This document shows, in pieces, positions 36,683 to 48,600 of a stretch of DNA of 64,000 nt. The DNA comes from Iphione sp. A-MEVVRFRX5. Its lineage: Eukaryota. Each line of letters begins with the position of its first letter. Within the stretch, counting starts at the first letter, position 1. The position numbers and the translations under genes are program-made. The notes below the pieces were generated by a model. It was not told the DNA's origin, ran no database searches, and was given only the letters and a program-made list of their open reading frames with translations. The stretch is from NCBI GenBank assembly GCA_976226885.1, contig OZ320314.1, positions 97,154,001 to 97,218,000 of the forward strand, written 5' to 3'.

Positions 36683-39600
36683 CTGAGGTGAAGATAAAAT
36701 ATTGATGTAATCATCATCCAAGGCTTACCTTTAGTACATAATCACAAACGTTTTGCAGGCCACTTTGTGATATTGGCGAGGCATATACCCTTTATGCGCC
36801 ATCAAAGAAGTTCCATAAACAATTTTATCATATTGGTGGGACGTATGTTTAATCATAAATAATTGATTGTATATCTTCATTTTCGTAGAAATAGACCTAC
36901 CACAAAAACCATTCAACTATATTCTACACAAAACACATTGTTATAATGAAAAATCTGACTACAGTTGAAAACCTATTTGCGACGACCCCTCCAGTCCAAG
37001 CTAAAGTGGTCGTATTAGCGAAAATTGTCGCAATTCGATGTGGTCGCAAATAGGGGTTCGACTGTAGGGATTCCACTGTATTATCTTTCTCACATCGCAT
37101 CTTCGTGTGAATCTGTGCTTATTTGAGGAATATTGATGATGTCTGCAGTAAACTCACCAAGAGTACGCTCTCCCACGCCATCCATCGTATTGGTAACACC
37201 GCTCTGCCTTCAATACGATAGTAGTCATTGCTATATAAGTTTCTGCTCATACCAAAATCGGAGATCTTGATGCAGTAATAATTGCCGACCAGGCAATTTC
37301 TTGTGGCCAGGTCACGATGCACCATATTTAGTGACTCCAAATACTTCATCCCTGAAGCCATTTGTGTGGCCATATAGATTAGACATCCTCGGCTACAAAT
37401 GAAAGAACAAATAAATGTTGAAAACGCTGCAACTTTATTGCTCTTTGTGCACATGAAACCTGGCTATGGCACGGCAAGCTAAATGTGCTACCACGCGAAG
37501 CTACAACGAACACATTACTCTTTAGAAATCCAAAGAGAACTGTAATTGAAGACGTATACTGGATCACTTTTGGCATGTTCTTCCATACCTTAATTGCTTG
37601 ACATGTTTCTTCTTTGGGGTAGTGTTCTCAAAGACATGCTGGTGCAGGAACTGGTTGAGATCACCGTACTTCATATATTCAACAATCACAGATAAAGGCT
37701 CGTCCCTCGTACACACACCGAGCACACGGACAATATTGGGATCCTTGATACGGGACATTATCTTCACTTCCTTCTGGAAATCAGCTCTGTGGGGAAAGAA
37801 AACGACAGTAATGTTCACTGGTGTCGAACTGCCCTCTTATTAGAGTTCCATCTGCATTCATCATCAGAGATTCTCTGAAAGATTTTCCGGGCAAATATTG
37901 TCATCATTTGCATTTCTTGTCTTAAATAAAGAGAGAGCCAATACATATTTATTTTATCGACCTCGGAGTAAATGTTGCGAAAATTTCTAATCAAGTCTAC
38001 ATGTATATCATTGCTGTAGTGCATGTACAATTGAGTGCACTCCCTGCTGTGTTTAATCTACAGTATTGAAAGCAAATGTTTCACCTGGCATGTTGGTCAG
38101 CGTTGCGTCGCAGCATTTTCACAGCAACAAGCATAGACGTTGATGATGACGTCCTGTTCACGAGAAAGTCATCACCCAGCAAATCTGTTACATGATGCGC
38201 CTCACATAGGTGGACCTGGGTGAAAAAAAATACTTTTTGAGTATTCCAAACTTTGATGCTCATTTCAAGATACGCACACCTGCCATAAACAGGAGGACTA
38301 GGGCGTGAGGATAGTGGGCTTTACTTATATTATTTCCCAGTTTAATTTGTTCAGTATCACCCTATTCAACATTAATTACACTGTGACCATGTGCACATAG
38401 GTCATCGGTTAAGGCGGCAGTCTGGTAGTTCATCAATGGTCGGGTGCTACTGGACAGGGACGTGATGCACGGTAAATAGTTTCCATATCCTCTTTCCAGT
38501 AACAGTTACATGGAAGTACTCCACAGACGGCAGTTTGTTCACCATTTTAGTTTTCTAATAAATTAACGTTTTGTTTTGCAAACATCTTGCGGATCAATAC
38601 ATGCATGCTAACATAAACCATGGGCCCGACAATAGCATAGTTTATCCTTTTGCAAAGCTCACACTAAGGATTTTCTTTCGATGGAGTCTCCTGCCCGTGT
38701 CTCCAGGTTCTCCTGATAGGTTCTACATGCATATATTCGAACACAATCCAAAATATGCCTCACGGACCTGCAGGGAGAACCTGGAGACATGGAGGGGAAC
38801 ATGAAAATGGAACCTAAAAACACAGTGTTATATAGTAAAGACTTTGGCTCTCAGTCCCTTGTGTGTTCGCTAAGCTCTTAGCTACAAAAAGCCAATTAAA
38901 CCTCCTCTACAATACTCGATCCCTGGAGCCGTGTGCAGTGAGGAGTAGCACTCGTCCGAGTAATAGGTTACCTCTCCAAACTGTCCTTCTCCGAGCTTTT
39001 CGATGAACTTGAGCTTCTCTCGAGGGAACTCGATGATGGACAGGTCGTCGGTCCACATTAGGTCCGGGTTGGGTACGGAGTAGGTGTTGCTACCTGCAAC
39101 CCCTTGGATATTGGGTACGTTCACAACGTCGGCCGTGGCGTAGTGGCCCGCCGCTCCGCTGGAGGCGGCCCGCGGCCGTGGCAGGGTGGTGTGGTTGTAG
39201 ATGTTGGGGGTGTAGGTGGGTGGTGGAATGTTCGGCCGCAAGGTGCCGAAAGAGGACTTAGTGATATCAGGCACGGCATAGTCCCTGCCTAACGTCCCGT
39301 CTAGGTGAAATGTTGGGAAATGGAAAATAAGAAAAACTGAGCTCATGGGGATTATACTTCTACGTGTATGAGCTACCGGGAAGAAGATGTAGCAATATAT
39401 ATTCAATATGATTTACGTTACTGGATCGTACTTGATTAGATGAATATAAAATATAATACACAAAAGTAGGCGCCTTAAACCTAAGCTATAAAACATGCTT
39501 CGAAGTAAAACGTAGCTAGCAGGAGGGAAGGGGAATCCGTGCACCACTTAGGAAATATGTGCATAACCTATACATAAACCTTTAACACTACACCTAGTAT

Positions 39601-42600
39601 GTAAACAAAGGTAGCATTCCGCCATACGCCAATATGACATACCGGTTTTATAAAATTATGTGAATTGAGCGACCGACAAAAATTATGTGAATATAAATTA
39701 AGGCCAAACCAAGGGAATAGACGATCTTAAAGAAATGGTGTGGGTACAAGGTCAGATTCAGCCTTCGATTTGCGGACGCAAAACTCATGCTGTTGACTGC
39801 CCCCACCCCACCCCCACCCTTTAACCATCAAGCCTTACGCTAGCAGTGCACAAGGCCAGGCTATGGACGCGGTGAAAGGCCTGAGCCCAGGTGGTGCATG
39901 TCACTCCCCTTACCTGACGCCAGGAGCGGCAGATCGGGCAGCTTCCTCTGCTGAAGCTCATCAAAGGGGTTGACAAAGATGCCGCCCGCTCCGCCGCCGC
40001 CACCGATAGGGTCGCTAAGCTTTAGCACCACGCCCTCGGGAGCGCCTTCGGACGCGGTGGCTACAGTGTTGTACAGGTTGCTGCAGGGATGTTTACCGTG
40101 CATGAGGCCGCCGCCCGCGCCGCCGACGTGGCCGTCCGCACCGCCCAGGACACCGACACCGGCGCCCATGCCGCCCGCCTGAAGGTCATTGAGGTCGAGC
40201 GTGATATGGCGCGGCTCAATGGCCGTCTTCAGCGTCTGGTGGTTGTTGTTAAACTTCCGGTGACGCTGTCGGATGATGATGACGACAATGACGACGAAGA
40301 GAAGCAGAATGAGGGCCGCTAGAGCGCCGATGATAATTCCGATGTACTCCTCATCCAGCGATTTCTTTTCGCGGGAAGAGTTGTGCAGACTTCCGGTTCC
40401 ACTCCTAGTGCCACTTCCGGTCCCTGCAGTTCCTGTCCCGGTCCCGCCTGCGTTACCTCCGCCCTCGTCCCCGGAATACGTCGGTGATCGAGAACTCGAC
40501 TTACTCGACGGTGAGTTTATGTTATCTGGAATAGGAGGCCACAAATTTATTAATTTTTTAATAAGAAGAGCACCAGAAATGTGTATTAAAGCAGAACCCG
40601 GTGAAAGACCAGATCATAGGAAAGACCAGACAGGGGGACATTTTCCTTTGACAAGAGTATATCAAATGGATGAATCAATTATACTGTCCCAAGCTTAGTC
40701 TCCTACGCGAGTCTCGCCTATATTCTAAAAACAGATTGACTATAGTAAATGTATACATGTACTCTGAAACAATCATTCCATTCAAGCTATGTTAATTTGA
40801 AGGACAGCTTTAAAACAAATATTTCCGCTGAACTAGAGTTCGCATCTGTTATCCAACCTCGTAGGAACACTGTCTGTTCAGAGTTTTCCTTTTTAATCTT
40901 AACAATAAATTGTTCAGCGGCTGCTTTTAATTACAAATATTTCATGCACGGCCTCTTCAGCATATATCTATAGAATCGCCCTTCTTATATTTTATTGTAG
41001 TCTGTATAATGAATTTATTTTTTCAAAGAAGAAACATGCCGAGAGAAAAGTGATGAAATGAAATGAGACAGGAAAGAGGATGTTATTGACGCCAACAGTT
41101 ATGAGGTCTTTCGAATGAATACTACTGCTTATGAGAGAGAGTAACTTTATTCTTCATGCAACTCATTAGTTATTCAACTCTGAATTAACAGTGTACATAA
41201 AGTATCATAATATAGAAAAGAAATAGGGATTCTAGACGGCTTTTCTTGTAATCAACTATAATCTATTAAAATTATCTGATTCAGTTTGGAAGTCGTGACT
41301 GGAAAAGAATGCAATCAAACCTCATTAATCCGGTTTTCCGTTACAATCAATTTGGCTCAAGTAATGCATACTCCTGACAAAGGGAATTCCGGAGAAATGC
41401 AATATGACTACAAGTATACAGTATCAGAATTAGTACTGTGATACCTTCACTTATTTCGGAAAAATAACGAGGTAGGGACTGTGGCCTACTATAGGTGGAA
41501 GACGTTTTTGTACTGCTTCTAAAGTGTTAGCTTTTGTTGCCTATTTCTAAGGGGTTAACTATAAGCTTCTACCATAGTTGGGAGGTATTTGTTGATCCGA
41601 TTACTAAAGAGTTGAGTATCGAGCTTTCCATAGGTGGGAGGTGCTTATTGAATAACTATCTAAAGGGTTAACATAGGTGGTAAGATATTCAATCATCCCA
41701 TCTCTGAAGGGTTAAGCGCTGGGGCCTACCATAGGTGGGAGGCACCCGCCGAGAGCCGGTCGTCTTGTTCTGTTTGCCGTTGGGCAAGAGGTCGATGACC
41801 TGCACAACGTTGGCGTCAGCCGTGGTGGCGGGACGTCGGCTGGTAGGGTGTGGTGTCGTTGGCGCTACCTCAGCGCTAAAGTTTCCTACAGCATACTCTG
41901 AAAAGCGACCAAAACGCATCGTCAGCAGTGCTGGCGTAATAACGCAACCTTTAAAAGGTGAAGGCCACCAACGCATGTCTTGCTGCAATCACTGCTCACT
42001 TATGACGTGCTTTATAGCATATATCCATAACAGGTATGGTCGACTAGGATTATGTAACCATCCTTAGTAATGTTTGTAGGAGAATAAAGTACCTGACACG
42101 TATTAACTTATGTATGTCTCATGAACAAAAGACGTCAACGATTTCCATGTGCTTCTTTTCTGTTGTACTGAATGAAGCAGGGCCAACTCATATGCGCCAA
42201 CGATGCATTCATAAAAACAAAACGCAGCGACCCGGACTTCATCTTGTGGTGACCAGAAATCGATTCAGATTATGGCACCCCCCCTCCGCCCCAAATCGCA
42301 TTTTGGTGAGGTTAATCGTATCGTTGTTTTACGTCATGCCTCTAAATGAGTTGATTCGATATGGTGATCAGTGATCCGTTCTACGTTTTGCCATTTTGGA
42401 AAAATAAACTTCGACGTTTAGAGTTGCGGGAGTGAGCGGGAGGCGGTGCAAAAGCTCTTTTAATCAATAACAACGGCCGGCAACGACCAAATGTCACCAA
42501 TTGATGCGAATATTTATGGCGCAGAAAGCACGGGGAGATTTTGCCATGGTTCATAATGATAGAGTGTTTTCTGACCCTTATTGCAAATCATTATTTTTTT

Positions 42601-45600
42601 AATATGGAGTTGCTTATGGCAGCAGTCAGTCCCAACGAAACCAACAATTGGCCGGTTTTCAACACAAATAAATGGACCTCTGACAAAAAAAACACGCAGC
42701 ATTAATGCGAACATCGATACGTTCATATAAATACTTGTATGCGTGTTACAATAAAGCTGGGGATATTTTTGTATACTCACCAGACTGAAACTGGATCTCG
42801 CTTATCATCATCCACTTTGAATCGAACCACAGTTCCAGTTTGACGTACTTGCCTATCCTGTGCTGGAGAGGGATCTTCACCTGGCGAGCGTATTCTATAA
42901 GGGTGTCTCTCATGTAGCGGTATTCAATGGCATCCTCCTGGTAGTACTTTCCACCGATACTAAAGGAGATTCGAGCCTGCTTGAACACACGCACATCCTT
43001 ACTGAACATGTTGTTGCAGTGAAGCAGGATATTTGTAAAGTTCCTCACGTCATCGAATCGGAAGACAATCTGGACGGGTGTACCTTCGTGAGACTCGTTC
43101 CTCCAGCCTACCCACTCATACCCTTTAATGCCGAACCCTTTCGGGTCGGATCTGAAGTTCGTCTCACCCTCCTCCCCATCTGTCAACTGACCGAGGCCCC
43201 CCGAGAGTTTGAGGTTTTCAACATTTCCGTCGTAGGTGAAGTCGTGCAAATCCACCTCGGTTCCTCTTCTTTCGCCTTGCTCAGTATCATAAGCTACGAC
43301 ACCATCTAAAAATACATTTAAACACAGTGCTAAATGCGTGGGTTTTTATACACATACATATATTCATACCTATCATTATGATTTGTTAATATTGCAAGTT
43401 AACGAATAGACCGTTACTGTAGCATAATTTAAGAGGGTAAACTCCATGTCCGCAAGAAGAAAGGAATATTATTTAGAATGTCTAAAAGGTCAGTCTCGTG
43501 CTACTTTCGTGAATTGAAAGTATTTACTACAGGTAAAGAAAACTAATTACAAAATACTATAAAATAATCCCACTAATCATTAATACAAAGAAAACTTGGA
43601 AACCCTTAAAACAGACATTGATATTGTTGTTATGCTTATCTGACTACAACTGAGTGAATCAGGTTTCAAAGGGCTATTTAAAGTTTTTCTGTGATTAAGT
43701 ATTTGGCAAAGTCTCATTTTCCACCGAGTTGATGTCACAGCGGGAAATACGATACTGAAATTACTGCACGCACCTTTCCAAGTGCACCCATACACCTCCG
43801 TCCGCATGCAGACCGTCCGTGGATGGCTACTGTACGGGATAAAACGGATCCTTCGGGCGATAATAGGTGGGTCCACTTCACGCAACTCAGCAATGTAGGT
43901 ATTGGTGTTCCCTTGGAATATCTGAAATAGGAGGGAAACATGTTGATCGTACAAAGAAAGAGACGAGAACTGATACTGATTATCTAACTAAACTGATCGT
44001 CGTGTTGTCTTTAAGTAAGAGAAGCTTATAATACAAGCATGAAGCTTTAAAAACTTGATATGCTACGCACAGAATAGTATACAATAAAAAAGCCTTCATG
44101 TTCTGGTGTAAGACGTGTCCTTATTCCAATTTGTGATAATGTATTACTGAAAAAATAAATTTCATTCTATTTCAAGTCCCGACTGTCCTATTTCTCGTTC
44201 TGCACATATTTTGCAGCGTGGTCGCGCATTTTCCTGTGTCGTAGAACTGTTGTGTAAGTTACCATGTCAGGAATAACGGGTTTTACCGAACTTCCAGCCA
44301 CAGGGACATTATTATGTGGCTAATTTCGCACCCTCTATCGAGCAGGGTAAAAAGGGATCTAGATGACGGGTAGAAGTGACAATTACACGGTGTAGCAACA
44401 AGAAGAGCGGGACGAACAGGTAGAGAAAACGAAGTCCTCTTGTCGGGCGTGATGTGAATTATTTACCATATCGTGGCTGGCCTGCGGCAGCTTTTCACAC
44501 AGAAGGAAGCTGCTGGGACCACCCATCCCCCCCGGCCCCCAACCGCCACCCACCCCCCTAAGCCACCCGCCTAAAACGCCCGGTCATTACCGAAAGCAGA
44601 AAAAAGAATCCTCTCCCTAGCCCCACATGGTGAGTGCCCCTAGGCTATAGGCATGATTAATGTGGAATGAATGCTTCATGATGCCAGCAGGCATGTATAT
44701 GGTTATACGTTTGGCTCTAGAGCCGGAGCAGGAAGAGAACGGGAACTAGAATAATCTCATGCTTCATCTCAGACCGCCTCGGTCGTAAGATGCATTGTTA
44801 TGTCAATTAATTTTAGTACGAAACGATGTATCATTGAGGATGGGGGAATGGTAAGGCAAAGAATTCTGATGCCTGCTTCGATATTAGATACCCATGTACA
44901 TGCACATATACAGGTGTTAGCCATAACATGATTATGGCTGTACATGTACATCCTTTGATATGATATCCAGGTGATTATTGGTAGTATACAACAGGCGTGA
45001 TGACAGATTACGTTAACCAAGGCACGTGCATGATTTCGCCTTGGGGTTAACTTTCCTTGATATCACCCACGGCTGTCATAACTCTCCATGTCTACTGTGC
45101 ACTTCCTTCGCAGCGGCTTTGCAGTATAGAGGGGCGCATTCCCCGCTACACACCACAGTACCGACCTATCTACAATCTCTACTCGGGATGTTGCATGGCA
45201 AACGTGCTGTAGACTGGAAATCTTGCTGGCTTCAGGACTGGAGCTGCTCTGAGCAACTCGGGGAGCAGGTGGTGCAGGCGGTCACAGGAAATGGATTTGG
45301 CCGATTTTTCATCGCCACTTCCACTTGCAAGCAGTAAGGCAATAGTTGGCGACTGGGGGAATGGAGGAGGGGGTGGGAGTGGTAGGGGAGGGGGTGAGCC
45401 TGTGCGTGTAGTTATTTTTTTATCCCCATGCACCTCGTGCAAGTCTCTAGAGATCCTGTATTCGCAGGCAACAGGTGGACCAGGAGGGACTGATGACAAA
45501 TTTAATTAATGCCTGTTGGCTTAAGGACCGAGGAAAGTGCTTGTTTGTTCGAGTGAATTTTACTGGGCGGTGATAAAGGTAAACTACTTTAAGCTTGGAA

Positions 45601-48600
45601 CACTGTGCTACACAGTGGATAAATCTATTTTACGGGCGCCCACCTCTGGTGCTTACCTCCTCTTAGGAGTACGCCCCTTCTCTCATACAATCTATAAGTC
45701 CTCCATGTCCGACTACAATATTTTCAGTACAACAGATATGAACTCCATTCAAGAGCGGACTCACCTGAATATTACTGAATAAATATCCTTCAAGTCAATG
45801 TTTATAATCCCAAACACAACCATTCAAACACACGTGCTGTGTACAAAACTTCATCAGATGACAGAGCCAATGCGAAATATATTAGACAGCGAGTCATCCG
45901 CATCCACATTGCTTCAGAGAGGATTTCGAACTGCTGATGACCACAAGTAGAATCTAATAGAGACAGCAGGATAACCATTCATAATGACAGGTCCCTGTCG
46001 AGGACGTATTCGCTTTCCCCACGCAAGTAAGTACCCTCCAACAGTAAACTTGATAGACTGTGGAGCCCATATGTACCCTGGTAGGATTCGTAGCAGCTCA
46101 GGTCCGTAGAGACCGGTACATATTCAACAATCAAGGCTCATAGCGGCCAGACTTACCTCTTGACCCCGTCTGTTGTGAAATCTGAACCACTGTCCGCCTT
46201 CTTCTCGCTGGTACTCTAGCAAGTAGCGGTCTGCATATTCCTGACCCTAAGAGAAAAAAATACATGGTTAATAAGTTCTGCTAGTTTGAACAGCATGGAC
46301 CAATATGTATAGCAGTCATAAATGAACGAAACCTTTTTGATTATAAGTCAAGTGTAAATTCCGTACAGAGTGGACATCAATCAAACTGATGGCAGGAAAT
46401 AAACGTTGAGAAAAGTACAGAAATATAAGCTGAGAAACAAAAGATAAGTACCATTACACCCACATGCCTATCATGAGACAAAAGATTTTTTTCACCAACC
46501 GTCAAACAGACAGACTTCAGAGGCTCACACAACTCCTTTAATATAAAGCCAAGAAATGGGACAAATATTGGAAAATGCAAAAGTAAAACTGGTGCTGCAT
46601 GACAAGAGCCTTGCATCTGTGGTCAGACCTTAAGAGCAAACATAATTCGCCTCAGACGAGCATGAGCTCATACGCATGCTCTGTGGCGTTCTCTTGCAGC
46701 ATAAAAATGCTAGTATTGTCTCACTAAAGGTCCTTCACTATAATCTTAAACCACGTCTGTTTCCCCGAAGTACGCATATAAAACTGAATGTATGTAAGTT
46801 ATTTCAACCATTTTTCTAATCGCTTTCTAGCAGCTTGGTCGAAGAGATATCGCTCTCTCCTTATATTGTTTCTCACAACTTATCAATATGTAATGCGTTG
46901 GGAAAATATATATCAACATATCAACATCTATATACATATATATGATCTTTATTATGACCGAAAGCCTTTTGATGAAAAACTGCAGTACACATCGTTCTTT
47001 CTCCGAGGTATTTTTACAGCCAGGTCCGTCTTCTCCGTTGCCGCTTTTAGAGGGAAGGGGTCATCGTGCGGATGGTCCAAACGTGCGTGCATGCTAACGA
47101 TAAGGCCACTGAATGACCCTATGTTTCATGTCCTCAGCTTAATGTAAGCTTCAGTGTGCTGCACTATCGCCGTCCATCTTACCCTCTGGCTTGGATCAAG
47201 CCTCTCTTATTACGCGCACACCCTGTCATTTATGTAGTGGCCTTCATTAACACAGGCCGGCTCCACCATACTGTTTTATAAGGTTAAATAACCCAGCGTG
47301 GTGACTGAGAATTTACAGCCACTTGTCATATACTTTCCATTACGGTAAAGGGGAAAAAAGGATATCGCGGACCAAAGAGTTAAACATCAGCACTCGGGCA
47401 CAATGGCTCCTTTGAGAAATCCCTCACTAGATGGCAGCATGCAGGCCACTCACCCCAAGAGACCCATTAAACTTCCGGTTTCACGTCATGTTAAGTGGCA
47501 GAGGAATGGCGGCGCCTTCCCTCGGGGAGGCTGCAGCTGTAAGGATCGGGGCGTGCGGCGCGCACTATATGCTGCTCATTGACAAAAGCGACCGACAAAC
47601 ACACACACATGTATACATACATACGTACACCGTATGTCTGTCCTGTCAGTGGACACAGTTGCAATTGGGCACATACAATGAGACCTTTCCCCTTACTGAA
47701 AGGACATCACTTTTGGCATTCTTCTCGGACAAATACACATGTGGACAGTATAAGAATGGAGGAGAAAGGTGCCACTCATCTCAATTTCAACGAAAGGCTC
47801 CTCAAATATCGACGGAATTAAGCATCTCGATTTTCAAAGAAGGACCAACAATAACATCGGTGGTACAGTTGACAAAGGTAATGTCATGTAGGAGAAATAA
47901 AAATAATCTACACAGGAGCACAAGAGATACGAAATGAGGAAACATACATGGCAGGGAATGAAAAATAAAAATTAAGGCGAATACAGCTTTGGGGTATAAT
48001 ACTGACCTGTCCATTCCCGAAGCGACCTTGGGTCTCGACTAAGGAGATGACCTTGAGCTCCTGAAGGTCAATCTGAAGCCACTCGTACACGTCCTTGGAG
48101 ACCTGTTGCTGGGGACACCACGCCCCCCCGTTAATCTCCGTACGGATCCTACAACATCAAAGCCGGTCACTTCATTAGTGTGGATTGTAGTCCTGGGGCC
48201 CAGGGGGTTGTCTGGTGAGGAGGCGTCTGTCTGAAGGAGCACACGGGTGTGAATTTGTGTGTGTGCGTGTGTGTGTGCGCGTGTGTGTGTTTGACTCTGT
48301 GCATGCGCGTTGGTCATAGTCTAAATATTATACATAGTTTGTCCTTAGATGTGTGTGTATACTCCAGGTTGTCAATTTCCATCACATATGCCGGGAAATT
48401 TGACTCAGCAGCTGTACCAACTTGTTAAGCAACGTGGCTTTGGGAGTGCAATGGTTCCGTCCGTAAATTACAATTTGTGTATACTACTCACATGCAAAAA
48501 TAAAAAAAAATACCAGCGGGCCGACTCAAAGGTCAACGCCTTTGTTTGATCAAGTCAGAGGAATGGGAACATAGTGAGGCCCTCGTAATCATATACCTCC

